DNA of 64,000 nt from Myxococcota bacterium (lineage in GTDB: Bacteria > Myxococcota_A > Polyangia > Polyangiales > Sandaracinaceae): assembly GCA_036149055.1 (NCBI GenBank), contig JAYZQJ010000227.1, forward strand, positions 1-64,000. The letters are read 5' to 3'. Of the stretch, positions 10,601-19,203 are shown piece by piece. The notes under the pieces are model-generated. The model was not told the origin of the DNA. It searched no databases and saw only the letters and a program-made list of their open reading frames with translations. The position numbers were made by a program, and so were the translations under genes. Positions within the stretch are counted from its first letter, which is position 1. Every line of letters starts with the position of its first letter.

Positions 10601-10968
10601 ACGGTCAGCTCGCGCAGGGCGATCAGACCGACTCGTCGACCGCGGTGCTCGCGTTCTCGGGCGCGACCGCGATGGCCTCGGGCTACAACTACGTGTGCGC
10701 GATCGAGACCGGCGGCGGCGTCGCGTGCTGGGGCTACGGCCGCGACGGCCAGCTGGGCAACGGCGGCGTGCAGGCCACCGGCGAGGAGCGCTTCCTGCTC
10801 CCGGTCTCGTGGATCGGGGCGAGCGGGATCACCGCGGTCGTCGCGGGCAACTCGATGACCTGCCTCGAGAGCGCGGCCGGCTGGCGCTGCGCCGGCTTCC
10901 GCGCCCACGGTCAGCTCGGCGACGGCACGACCCTCTGGCCGACGCTGCCGTACCGCGCCGCGTTGTAG
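7693..10968 (+). CDS. Large lipoprotein with myxobacterial Cys-rich (DUF4215-type) repeats and RCC1-like beta-propeller repeats
   Basis: Lipobox VSAC; about 7 CGDG..E.CDDGN..DGDGCS..C repeats; many CWGDNDNGQLG repeats. Confidence 0.9.
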   Translation: MRCLRVVVGALALFAVSACDDGSVPADGGPILPDSGDVGDAGPPDSAVGPMCGDGAIEGDEACDDGNVDDGDGCSAECALEDGFACEGEPTVCETVCRDSIIAADEECDDGNVSDDDGCSSACQIEPGYQCSGAPSDCVTVCGDGVVTFDERCDDGNAADGDGCTAGCEVEPGVTCEGSPSVCTGICGDGVVASIEPCDDGGTDPGDGCSATCEVERGFACAGAPSVCMAGCGDAIVASVEGCDDGNMDGGDGCASSCQPERGYACSGEPSACATVCGDGVLAGVEACDDGNTTSGDGCSDACAVEAGFRCDGEPSACTVFCGDGVIRGAEGCDDGNLSGGDGCDAGCGVEFGYACAGEPSVCAVDVTVAAVALGDSGGCVVTTTQRVGCFGVNSDGEIGNGTDGVETFLPADTGIADATLVVAGADHRCALRGAGEVWCWGDNDNLQQAVTGTANDQPSPQRVGTFTGLLDVDTGGDHTCVVTSAGEVHCWGDNDNRQLGRGGTSTTDSATPTAVTLPAGRTATAVALGQDHSCALLDDLTVACWGDNDNGQLGRGGASTTDSADPALVAGLADVAQLASGYDNTCARDSLGQVFCWGDNLDGAIGDGTTTDRAEPTLTTLPMAATDLTLGNDFACALLTDGSVHCWGESVDYETGQGDILDVLTPAPVRGLGGLTITDVEAGGRGVCVLTDAAQRYCWGYGEAGQLGHASESRNELGAPLAFAGGAPTRLTLSRPEYRGQACASFSDGSVECMGTANSVRTDTTAGAGGIFTGFSEHLTRPTVIPALGGTLQGELGDGFGCGRTATFVACVGDNSQRQLGQGGTATTDSLVPVPVTGLGAVDEIGVGGQFACARTGGDVVCWGDNDNGQTGVAGTTDQGTPVALPSVSDATMIALGGDHGCLVRSTGAVSCWGDNDNGQLGDGGSADSATPVDVIGLPAGSVTALGLGENHSCALVGTEIWCWGDNGYGQLAQGDQTDSSTAVLAFSGATAMASGYNYVCAIETGGGVACWGYGRDGQLGNGGVQATGEERFLLPVSWIGASGITAVVAGNSMTCLESAAGWRCAGFRAHGQLGDGTTLWPTLPYRAAL

Positions 10969-10980
10969 CAGCGGGCCCGC

Positions 10981-11955
10981 CTACCCCGCTCGGCGGACCT
11001 GGTCGCGGCCGGCGCGCTTGGCCTCGTAGAGGGCGCCGTCGGCCGCGGTCTGGAGGGCCGCGGCGTCGGCGTCCTCGGGCAGGCTCGCGAGGCTGGCCAC
11101 GCCGATCGACAGAGTCTGGGCGCCGGCCGCGGAGGCGCCCCCGCTCGCCCGATGGAAAGCGGCGCGGAGCCGCTCGGCCAGCTCGACGGCGGCGTCGAGG
11201 CCGGTCTCGGGCGCGACGACCACGAACTCCTCGCCGCCGTAGCGGTGGGCGAAGTCCGCCTCCCGGACGTTGCCCTTCAGCACCCCGCCGAGGCAGACGA
11301 GGACCTCGTCCCCGACGTCGTGGCCGTGGGTGTCGTTGACCTTCTTGAAGTGGTCGACGTCCATCATCAGCAGGCTGAGCTCGCGGCCGTAGCGGCGAGC
11401 CCGCTCGACCTCTTTCGGCAGGCGCTCGTCGAGCATGCGCCGGTTCTCGAGGCCGGTGAGCGCGTCGATCTTGGCGAGCTGGCCGAGCGCGCGGCTCTTC
11501 TCCTCGAGCGCCCGGGTCAGCCGACGGATGCGGAGCATCGCGATCAGGCGGATGTAGAGCTCGAGCTCGTCCACCGGCTTGGCGAGCAGATCGTCCGCGC
11601 CCGCCTCGATGCAGCGGCGGCGCGCCTTCGAGTCGCTCTGGGCGGTGAGGAAGACGATGGGCACGTAGGAGCGGGAGCGCTCGCGCAGCATCCGGGTGAG
11701 CTTGAGCCCGTCGACGTTCGGCATGACCGCGTCCATCAGGACGAGGTCCACGTCGTGCTCGGCGAAGCGCTGGATCGCCTCCGTCCAGCTGTGGGCGAGC
11801 ACCGTGCGGTGCCCGCTCTTCTGGACCATCGCGGCGACCTGGGTGGCGCCGAGCTTCTCGTCGTCGACGATCAGCACGGTGGCGACGACGTGCTCGTCGC
11901 TCAGGAACGCAGGCGGCCTGGAGGTCAGCGTCGGATCGGTCACGCGGGGCTCCAC
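10981..11955 (-). CDS. Response-regulator diguanylate cyclase (REC-GGDEF)
   Basis: VLIVDD..LMDAVMP receiver; DALTGLENRR, DVDHFKKVNDTHGHDVGD, READ I-site, YGGEEF. Confidence 0.95.
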   Translation of the reverse strand: MEPRVTDPTLTSRPPAFLSDEHVVATVLIVDDEKLGATQVAAMVQKSGHRTVLAHSWTEAIQRFAEHDVDLVLMDAVMPNVDGLKLTRMLRERSRSYVPIVFLTAQSDSKARRRCIEAGADDLLAKPVDELELYIRLIAMLRIRRLTRALEEKSRALGQLAKIDALTGLENRRMLDERLPKEVERARRYGRELSLLMMDVDHFKKVNDTHGHDVGDEVLVCLGGVLKGNVREADFAHRYGGEEFVVVAPETGLDAAVELAERLRAAFHRASGGASAAGAQTLSIGVASLASLPEDADAAALQTAADGALYEAKRAGRDQVRRAG

Positions 11956-11976
11956 CCCGACGCCAGGGTAACACCG

Positions 11977-13485
11977 CTACTCGGTCACGAGCACGTGGCT
12001 GCCCCGCAGGGGGGTGCGGTCGGTGGACACGCCGTCCCAGCCCTCCGGCAGCTCCGGCCAGGTGCGGCCGAAGACGTGATGCGCGTCGTAGGGCGTCATG
12101 TTGACGCAGCCGTGGGAGCGCGGGAGCCCGAAGCGGGTGTGCCAGAACGCGGTGTGCAGGGCGATCGCGCCCTCGAAGTACTGCGTCCAGGGCACGTCCT
12201 CGATGCTGTAGCGGTCGTCGCCGGCGTCGGGGCCGATGTTGCTCATCGTGTCGGTGACGTGCTTGCGCCGGATCTCGAAGAGCCCGGTGGGCGTGTCGTG
12301 GCCCTCGACCCCGGTGCTCACCAGGGTGGCGTAGGTGGGGGTGTCGCCGCGGTAGAGCACGAGGGTCTGCTCGCTGAGATCGACGTGCACCCAGGGCTCG
12401 TCCGCGGCCACGCCGTCCGGGCGATCGACGCGCTCGGCGACGGAGGCGAACCACGCGCGGAGGTAGCGCTCACCCGCGTCGGTCTCGAGCACGTGGTAGA
12501 CGCGGCCGTCGATGTTGCGCCGCTCCCGCCACCCCTCGAGCAAGGTCTGCCGCTCGATCGGCTCGGCCTCCTCCTCGTCGGTCAGGCCGCCCTCACCCTG
12601 CACCATCGGCCGCGCCGTCCGCACGGTCCACGCGACCGGCAGCTGCCGGTCCTCGCCGAGCTCGACGCCGCGGAAGTCGTGGCCGGTCCGGGTCTCGAGC
12701 TGCGCCTGCTTGATGTAGCGGCCCTGGGTAGTGCGCACGAAGCGGCGGAAGGCGCGGACCTCGACGAGCGGCGAGGCGACGTAGAAGCCGCGGTCGAGGT
12801 AGCGGTTGACCACCGCGGTGCCGGGCGGTCCGTCGTCGGCCTCGCCCGAGAGGTAGCGGCGCGCGCGGCGCTCGTCGATCTCGAGCAGGTCGCGGAAGCG
12901 CTCGGCCTTGGCGATGGCGGCCCGCTGCTCGTTGCGCGAGGGGAGCCGGTGGTACTCGGGGACCGTCGACTCCTTCACGTACCAGTAGTCGTAGGGGAGC
13001 GGCGCGTCGCGGGCGACCGGCGGCAGCACGAGCGCGCCCCGCGCCTCGGCCTCCTCGACCTGCCCGTCCTTCCAGCCCTCCTCGGTCGGCGGCTCGATCT
13101 CGATCGCCGCGTCGCGCACGTCGATGCCGTCGTCGTCGCAGACCCAGCCCACCGGGTGGACGGGCCGCCAGGGCCCCTCGCAGCTCGGGCCCCGCCGCTC
13201 CTCGGCGCCGATGCGGACCTGGTTGCCGATGCGCAGCCAGCCGACGATCGGCGACTCGCCGCTCGCCTCGGCGTGCACGGTCTTGAGGATGTCGGTGACC
13301 GCGGCGTGCTTGGGGAAGTCCGCGTCGAGCCGCGCCCGCGCGCGCTCCTCCTCGGTCGCGGTGCTCGGCAGCGCGGCGACCGCGCGATCGCCCGCGCTCT
13401 CGGGCACGACCTCCGCCTGGGCCTCGGGCTCGCCCCCACAAGAGCAGCCGGCCAGCCAGATCAGGGTGAGCAGCCAAACGCGCAT
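11977..13485 (-). CDS. L,D-transpeptidase (YkuD domain) lipoprotein
   Basis: Lipobox LAGC; VDLSEQTL, VSTG..TPTG, ALHTAFWH..SHGCVNM. Confidence 0.9.
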   Translation of the reverse strand: MRVWLLTLIWLAGCSCGGEPEAQAEVVPESAGDRAVAALPSTATEEERARARLDADFPKHAAVTDILKTVHAEASGESPIVGWLRIGNQVRIGAEERRGPSCEGPWRPVHPVGWVCDDDGIDVRDAAIEIEPPTEEGWKDGQVEEAEARGALVLPPVARDAPLPYDYWYVKESTVPEYHRLPSRNEQRAAIAKAERFRDLLEIDERRARRYLSGEADDGPPGTAVVNRYLDRGFYVASPLVEVRAFRRFVRTTQGRYIKQAQLETRTGHDFRGVELGEDRQLPVAWTVRTARPMVQGEGGLTDEEEAEPIERQTLLEGWRERRNIDGRVYHVLETDAGERYLRAWFASVAERVDRPDGVAADEPWVHVDLSEQTLVLYRGDTPTYATLVSTGVEGHDTPTGLFEIRRKHVTDTMSNIGPDAGDDRYSIEDVPWTQYFEGAIALHTAFWHTRFGLPRSHGCVNMTPYDAHHVFGRTWPELPEGWDGVSTDRTPLRGSHVLVTE

Positions 13486-13540
13486 GGCCCGATGGAGTAC
13501 CAGCCTGGTCGCGCCCCGCAAGGCGGGCATACTGCGCCCC

Positions 13541-14818
13541 GTGCGACGCGGCTGGTGGTTGTGGGTGTGTCTCTGTGCGTGCGGCTCCCCGGGCCCGCGG
13601 GTCACGGAGCCGGTCGCGGTCTCGGAGCCGGTCGCGGAGTCGGAGTCGGTCTCGGTCTCGGTCTCGGAGTCGGAGTCGGTCTCGGATTCGGTCTCGGTCT
13701 CGGATTCGGAATCGGAATCGGATCTCGCGGGCACGGGCAGGGGCACGGGCAGGGGCACGGGGCTCGGGACGGGGGTCCTGATCGGGGCGTCCGGAGACAT
13801 TCTGGTCCACCTCAAAGTCATCGAGAGCGCGCGCCAGCAGGGCGGGTTCGAGCACGTCTTCGCCGGGCTGCGCGGGGTGATCGAGGAGGACGAGATCGCG
13901 TTCGCGAACCTCGAGACGCCGCTCTCGATGCGGGTGCCGCCGGTGACCGGGGATCCACCGATCCTGGGCGCGCCGGCCGAGGTGGCGCCGGCGCTCGCGG
14001 CGGCCGGACTCGACGTGCTGAGCGTCTCCAACAACCACGCCTTCGATCAGATGTCCGCGGGGCTCGAGGACACGCTCGCCGCGCTGTCCGGAGCGGGGCT
14101 CACCGCGGTCGGCGCCGGCGTGGATCCGGGCGCGGCGGCGGGTCCGGTGATCGTCGAGCGAGGCGGCATGCGGGTGGCGTTTCTCGGCTTCACCGAGCGC
14201 CTCAACCGCGGCCCGGTCGCGCAGGGAGACCACGTGCACCCGGCGCGCTTCGTCCTCGAGGAGGCGTGCCGCGCGGTCGCGGAGGCGCGGGCGCGCGCGG
14301 ACCTGGTGGTCGTCTCGGTCCACTGGAGCTTCGACTTCGCCGAGGGCCCGTTCCGCGGCCAGCGCCGGAGCGCGCGCGCCCTCGTGGAGCACGGCGCGGA
14401 TCTGGTGCTCGGGCACGGGCCGCACATCCTGCAGGAGGTGGAGCGCCTCGAGTCGCCGCGGGGCGACGCGGTGATCGCCTACTCCCTCGGCAACCTCGTG
14501 AGCAACCAGGGGCTGCGCTACTTCATCGGGCGGCGGAGGCTGCCCGACACCCTGCACCCGGCCGTGATCCTGCCGACGACCCGCGACGGAGTCTGGCTGC
14601 GGACCGGCTTCGCGCTCGAGGAGGGCCGCCTGCACGTCACCTCGCTCGAGGCGATCCCCCTCTGGACCGAGAACAACTTCTTGCGGTGGGCGCAGCGCGA
14701 GGCGGAGGCGCTCGACATCCACGTCGGGCCGCTCCGCGCGTTCGACGCGGCAGCGCAGCGAGAGCGCCAGCCGGTCATCCGGGGCGCGCTCGGCGACGCG
14801 GTGCAGCTCAGGCCGTAG
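13541..14818 (+). CDS. CapA family metallophosphatase-like lipoprotein
   Basis: LCAC lipobox; ASGDI, ANLETP, SNNHAFD, SVHWS, GHGPH, YSLGN. Confidence 0.85.
   Translation: MRRGWWLWVCLCACGSPGPRVTEPVAVSEPVAESESVSVSVSESESVSDSVSVSDSESESDLAGTGRGTGRGTGLGTGVLIGASGDILVHLKVIESARQQGGFEHVFAGLRGVIEEDEIAFANLETPLSMRVPPVTGDPPILGAPAEVAPALAAAGLDVLSVSNNHAFDQMSAGLEDTLAALSGAGLTAVGAGVDPGAAAGPVIVERGGMRVAFLGFTERLNRGPVAQGDHVHPARFVLEEACRAVAEARARADLVVVSVHWSFDFAEGPFRGQRRSARALVEHGADLVLGHGPHILQEVERLESPRGDAVIAYSLGNLVSNQGLRYFIGRRRLPDTLHPAVILPTTRDGVWLRTGFALEEGRLHVTSLEAIPLWTENNFLRWAQREAEALDIHVGPLRAFDAAAQRERQPVIRGALGDAVQLRP
13605..13775 (+). repeat. Hexamer (TCGGWN) and 12-mer (GGGCACGGGCAG) tandem repeats encoding Ser-X and Gly-Thr linker
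   Basis: Visible tandem repeats inside the CapA gene. Confidence 0.85.
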
Positions 14819-15374
14819 TCAGGCGCGGGGGCGCCACCACGTGGGACAGCTCGGCCCCGCGGCGCAGCACGAAGAAGCTGGGGGTCGAGAGCGTGGTCAG
14901 GCCGAGGTCGAGGTAGGACCAGCCGAGCAGGAGCGCGCTCGAGCCCGGGTTCACCGCCACGATCGGGTCGCGCACCCGGGCGGTTGGATCGCGGCGCGGG
15001 TTGCCGCCCTTGCCGTAGTCGAGGAGCAGGCCGCGGTCGTAGGGCCGCGGCATGCGGTAGCCCTCGGGCGAGACGACGCGGTAGTGCCCGTAGGTCACCG
15101 GCCGGCCGTCCTTCTGGGTGAGGATCCACGGCGAGTCGAGGGGCGTCTGCTCCACCTTGCAGTTCCAGCCGCGGAGCGCGCCGCCGTGCTCGCGGTGGAA
15201 CACCTTGCAGAACTTCGTCCAGGTGAGCTTCTCGATCAGCGTCGGCAGGTTGAGGCTGACCCCGTCGAACTCGCGCTCCTCGAGCGCCCCCTCGTCGATC
15301 CGGTGCCCTTCGCGCATGAGCCGATCGAGCTGGTCCCCGTCCATCAGGACGACGTCTTCGAGGGTGAGGGGCAT
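14808..15374 (-). CDS. Hypothetical protein
   Basis: Protein-like composition from MPLTLEDVV to the stop; distal part of the 592-aa ORF. Confidence 0.7.
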   Translation of the reverse strand: MPLTLEDVVLMDGDQLDRLMREGHRIDEGALEEREFDGVSLNLPTLIEKLTWTKFCKVFHREHGGALRGWNCKVEQTPLDSPWILTQKDGRPVTYGHYRVVSPEGYRMPRPYDRGLLLDYGKGGNPRRDPTARVRDPIVAVNPGSSALLLGWSYLDLGLTTLSTPSFFVLRRGAELSHVVAPPRLTTA

Positions 15375-15444
15375 GGCGATTGAGTAACGCGAGGAACGTC
15401 CGCGGGGGAAGGGGCGTATGCTCGGGCGCTGGAGGTGTGCCTCG

Positions 15445-15927
15445 ATGAAGGGAATCCGGATCGGTCTGCTCTCGCTCGCGCTCCTCGGCTGCGGCGCCGA
15501 GGAAGACACGCAGGCCGCGGCCCAGCCCCCGCCCGCGGTGGCGCCGGTGGAGGTGACGACCGAAGGCGAGGCGACCGCGGACGATCCGGCGGCGCTCCGG
15601 GCCCGGATCGCGGAGCTCGAGGCCGAGCTCGCGACCTGCCGGGGCACCGCGGCCACGGCCACCACGGCGACGGAGTCCGGCACCGAGACCGCGGCGATCC
15701 CGGAGGTCGTCCCGGAGGGCGTGGCCGTCCCGGAGGCTGAGACGCCCGCCGCGACGCGGGAGCCGTCCGCGCGCACCGAGCGCCAGCCGCGGCCGACCGA
15801 GCGCGATCCCAGCCTGATCGACTCCGTGCTCGGAGACCCGGACGAGACGACGACCACCCGGCGGCAGCGGCCGCGCGACCTCGCCGAGGAGGTGCTCGAG
15901 CTGCCCGGCGCGATCCTCGGCGAATGA
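15445..15927 (+). CDS. Hypothetical lipoprotein with short coiled coil
   Basis: MKGIRIGLLSLALLGC lipobox; GGAGG RBS; ATGA overlap with next gene. Confidence 0.75.
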   Translation: MKGIRIGLLSLALLGCGAEEDTQAAAQPPPAVAPVEVTTEGEATADDPAALRARIAELEAELATCRGTAATATTATESGTETAAIPEVVPEGVAVPEAETPAATREPSARTERQPRPTERDPSLIDSVLGDPDETTTTRRQRPRDLAEEVLELPGAILGE

Positions 15928-16835
15928 CCACCCTCATCTTCGAGACGCTGCACGGGAGCCGCGCCTACGGCCTCGCGCGCGAGGGCTCGGACACCGACCT
16001 GAAGGGCGTGGTGATCGGGCCGCCGGCCTGGTACTTCGGGCTCGCGCCCGGGCCGGAGCAGCTCGAGCTGTCCGCCGACCACGTGCGCTACGAGCTGCGC
16101 AAGGCGCTCCGGCTCGCGGCGGCGTCGAACCCGAGCGTGATCGAGGTGCTCTTCGCGCACCCGGACGATCACCGCGTGGTGACCGACGAAGGCGAGGCGG
16201 TGCTCGCGGCGCGCTCGCACATGCTGAGCAAGCAGGTGGCCGACACCTTCGGCGGCTACGCGCTCTCTCAGCTCGGCCGCATCCGTCGTCACCGCCGCTG
16301 GCTGCTCGAGCCTCCGACCGAGGCGCCGACCCGGGCGGCGTTCGACCTGCCGGAGCGCACGGTGATCCCGAAGGATCAGCTCGGGGCGGCCGAGGCGCTG
16401 ATCGAGGACGGGCGGGTGGCGGAGGCCGAGCTGTCCCCGAACTTCCTCGCGATCCTCGACCGGGAGCGGCGCTACCGCGCGGCGCGCAAGGAGTGGGGTC
16501 AGTATCAGCACTGGCTGAAGCACCGGAACCCGAAGCGGGCCGCGCTCGAGGCGGAGCACGGCTACGACACCAAGCACGCCATGCACCTGGTGCGGCTGTG
16601 CCGCATGGCGATCGAGATCCTCGAGACCGGCGAGGTGAAGGTGCGACGCGACGACCGGGCCGAGCTGCTCGCGGTGCGGGACGGAGCGCTGACCTACGAC
16701 GGGCTGATCGAGGAGGCGGAGCGGCTGAAGGCGCGCATCCGTGAGGCGAAGAGACGCTCGAGCCTGCCCGACGCGCCGGACGCCGACGCGCTCGACGACT
16801 TGGCGGTGCGGCTGATCCAGCGCACGCTCCGCTGA
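15924..16835 (+). CDS. Pol-beta superfamily nucleotidyltransferase (RlaP/YcgL-like), copy 1
   Basis: GSRAYGL..SDTDLKGV, NPSVIEVLF, YDTKHAMHLVRL. Confidence 0.85.
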   Translation: MTTLIFETLHGSRAYGLAREGSDTDLKGVVIGPPAWYFGLAPGPEQLELSADHVRYELRKALRLAAASNPSVIEVLFAHPDDHRVVTDEGEAVLAARSHMLSKQVADTFGGYALSQLGRIRRHRRWLLEPPTEAPTRAAFDLPERTVIPKDQLGAAEALIEDGRVAEAELSPNFLAILDRERRYRAARKEWGQYQHWLKHRNPKRAALEAEHGYDTKHAMHLVRLCRMAIEILETGEVKVRRDDRAELLAVRDGALTYDGLIEEAERLKARIREAKRRSSLPDAPDADALDDLAVRLIQRTLR

Positions 16836-16837
16836 CC

Positions 16838-17605
16838 ATGCCGCTCTCGCCCGATCTCGATCGCGCCCGCCGCTTCGTCGCCTCGCGCCCGCCGCCCGGG
16901 GCGCTGCTGCACGTCGGCCTGGTCGGCGCGCACTACTACGGCTTCCCCTCCGCGGACAGCGACCTCGACCTCAAGGGCATGCACCTCGCGCCGACCCGCG
17001 CCGTGCTCGGGCTGACCGATCCGCCCGAGACCCACGACACGCTCGAGATCTTCGAAGGCGACGAGCACGATCTGACGACGCACGAGGCGCGGCAGGCGCT
17101 CTCGCTCCTGCTCAAGGGCAACGGCAACGTGCTCGAGCGGATCTTCACCCCGCTGCAGCTCTTCGAGGGCGAGGACCTCGAGGCGCTGCGGGCGCTGGCG
17201 AAGGGCGCGATCAGCCAGCGCTTCTTCGGGCACTACCGCGGCTACTTCGGGGGCATGTGCCGGGAGCACGCGCGCGCGCCGCGGGCGAAGTCGATGCTCT
17301 ACGCCTACCGGGTCGCCCTGACCGGCGTGCACCTCCTGAAGACCGGCGAGGTGCGAGGCGACGTGCTCGAGAACGCCCGCGAGCACGGCTTCGACGGCCT
17401 CGAGGAGCTGGTCGCCTACAAGCGCGGCGAAGGGGAGAAGACCGCGCTCCCCGAGACCCTGGACGCCGAGCACCGCGCGCGATGGCCCGCGCTCGAGCGC
17501 GCGCTCGAGGACGCCCGCGCCAAGACCGCGCTCCCCGAGGAGCCCTCCGGCGCGGACGCGATCGACGCCTGGCTCATCGAGCGCCGGCTCGCCTCGCTCG
17601 CGTGA
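16838..17605 (+). CDS. Pol-beta superfamily nucleotidyltransferase (RlaP/YcgL-like), copy 2
   Basis: GAHYYGFPSADSDLDLKG, LLKGNGNVLE, KSMLYAYRVALTGVHLLKTGEV. Confidence 0.85.
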   Translation: MPLSPDLDRARRFVASRPPPGALLHVGLVGAHYYGFPSADSDLDLKGMHLAPTRAVLGLTDPPETHDTLEIFEGDEHDLTTHEARQALSLLLKGNGNVLERIFTPLQLFEGEDLEALRALAKGAISQRFFGHYRGYFGGMCREHARAPRAKSMLYAYRVALTGVHLLKTGEVRGDVLENAREHGFDGLEELVAYKRGEGEKTALPETLDAEHRARWPALERALEDARAKTALPEEPSGADAIDAWLIERRLASLA

Positions 17606-17617
17606 CTCGCCCGGAGG

Positions 17618-18532
17618 TTACGCGCGCAGCCGTTTGAGGTAGCGGAGGAAGCGCCCGATGTGGTGGTAGAACGGGGTCGGGCTGTCCTCGCGCTTCGGCT
17701 GGTAGGCGTCGGTCAGGTACGGCACGTACATCGTGCGGCGCAGGCTGCGGGCGCCGACGTGGGGGGACTGCTGGACCCGGTGCCAGGTGCGGCCGTCGTG
17801 CACCGTGAGATCGCCGGGCTCGGTCTCCACCGCGACCTCGCGTCGGTCGGCGCCGTGGCTGACGAAGTACGGCTTGTGGAAGCACATCTTCCAGAAGCCC
17901 TGGTGGTGAGTGCCGGGGATGATCCGCAGGCCGCCGTCCGCCTCGGTCACGCGGTCGAGGTGGATGCCGACGTTGAGCATCGGTCCGGGCATGCGCCCGT
18001 AGGCCAGGCTCCGGAGGCCGTCGGTGTGCCAGCCGAGGCGCGGGTAGGCGCTGCCGGGCACGTTGAGGTTGCGGTTGAAGACGACGCCGTCCTTCTCCTC
18101 GTCGCCGACCCGCGCGTCCTCGCCGATGAGGGTCCGGATCGGCTCGAACCGGCGGTCGCGCACCAGATCGCGGATGTAGTCGGAGTAGACGCTGGTGAAC
18201 GCGAAGCGCTGGATGAAGGGCGCCCCGTGCTCGTCCTTGCCCACGAAGAGGGGGATGCCGTAGACGCGCTTCCGGTTCTCGGCGAGCCAGCGCTCCTGGA
18301 TGCCGCGCACCTCCTCGTCGAGCCGAGCGATCTCGGGCGCCTTCACCACGCCGCCGAACACCGCGTAGCCGTGCCGGTCGAGGAACGCGCGCTGCACGTC
18401 GGTGACCACGTCGCCGAGGGTGAAGCGGTGGGTCAGCGGGAGGGTCTTCGCGTACGCGGTCGCCTCCTCGCCGCGGAGGTGGGCGGTGGGGTCGACCGGG
18501 CGCGCGGGCGCCGCCATGGACATGGCCATCAT
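17618..18532 (-). CDS. Phytanoyl-CoA dioxygenase (PhyH) family Fe(II)/2OG enzyme
   Basis: LGWHTDG HxD motif, GGLRIIPGTH, GDLTVHDGRTWH; ATGA overlap with TetR stop. Confidence 0.85.
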   Translation of the reverse strand: MMAMSMAAPARPVDPTAHLRGEEATAYAKTLPLTHRFTLGDVVTDVQRAFLDRHGYAVFGGVVKAPEIARLDEEVRGIQERWLAENRKRVYGIPLFVGKDEHGAPFIQRFAFTSVYSDYIRDLVRDRRFEPIRTLIGEDARVGDEEKDGVVFNRNLNVPGSAYPRLGWHTDGLRSLAYGRMPGPMLNVGIHLDRVTEADGGLRIIPGTHHQGFWKMCFHKPYFVSHGADRREVAVETEPGDLTVHDGRTWHRVQQSPHVGARSLRRTMYVPYLTDAYQPKREDSPTPFYHHIGRFLRYLKRLRA

Positions 18533-19158
18533 GAGGGGGGCTCCTGACTGACGGAGAGGATCGCGACGGCGACCTCGACGAGGTGGGTCTCGACGGCGGC
18601 CAGCGGGTCGGCGTCGCCGGCGAGCATGGAGAGCTCGGCGTCGCTGCTGATCGCGTAGCGCGCGATCAGGAACACCAGGCTCTGGAGCGGGAAGCGCAGC
18701 GACTCGGGCGTCCGCCCGAAGGGCACCGAGAGCAGCGCGCTGGCGCGCTCGAGGAAGGGCCCCTGCACCCGCTCGCGGCGGTCCTCCGGGACCTGCCCCT
18801 GCTCGACCACCGAGCGCAGCATCATGCGCATCGCCGGCTGGTGGGCGCGCGCGAAGCGGAACGTGGTGACCACCACCGTGCGCAGCGCGTCCCGGCGCGA
18901 GCTCATCGCGAGCCGCGGGAAGAGCGCGACCAGCTCCTCCTGCAGCGCGTCGAGCTCGTCGTACATGGATCGCACGCAGGCGTCCCAGAGCTCCGCCTTG
19001 CTGCCGAAGTAGTGGTGCACGGTGGCGAGCGTCACGCCCGATCCCTTGGCCACCTTGCGGATCGAGACCGACTCCCCGCCCTCCGAGAAGAGGCTGAGGG
19101 CGCACGCGAGGATGCGCTCCTTGGTGACGGCCGCGTCGGCGTTCGGGGGTCGCGCCAT
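18529..19158 (-). CDS. TetR/AcrR family transcriptional regulator
   Basis: KERILACALSLF..SIRKVAKGSGVTLATVHHYFGSKAEL. Confidence 0.95.
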   Translation of the reverse strand: MARPPNADAAVTKERILACALSLFSEGGESVSIRKVAKGSGVTLATVHHYFGSKAELWDACVRSMYDELDALQEELVALFPRLAMSSRRDALRTVVVTTFRFARAHQPAMRMMLRSVVEQGQVPEDRRERVQGPFLERASALLSVPFGRTPESLRFPLQSLVFLIARYAISSDAELSMLAGDADPLAAVETHLVEVAVAILSVSQEPPS

Positions 19159-19173
19159 GCAGGAGACATTAAC

Positions 19174-19191
19174 TAATCAATCGATTGATTA
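19174..19191. promoter_or_regulatory. Perfect 18-bp palindrome TAATCAATCGATTGATTA, probable TetR operator
   Basis: AT-rich perfect dyad in the 45-bp divergent gap, adjacent to a TAATGT -10 of tetR. Confidence 0.8.
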
Positions 19192-19203
19192 CAAAGGAGC
19201 CCG

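Noticed and set aside
13605..13775. Repeat tracts here, at 40730-40791 and at 58438-58500 as CRISPR arrays
   Set aside because: Contiguous in-frame tandem repeats without spacers; no cas genes
7603..14916. Very long alternative-frame or antisense ORFs (e.g. 7603-10908 -, 11152-14916 +; similarly 38900-42427 -)
   Set aside because: Shadow ORFs caused by high GC and codon bias; Arg/Ala/Pro-rich with no motifs, and they overlap well-supported genes
15924..17605. CBASS/CD-NTase or MNT-HEPN toxin-antitoxin assignment for the NTase pair
   Set aside because: Motifs fit RlaP/YcgL-type enzymes; no effector or HEPN RxxxxH partner is adjacent
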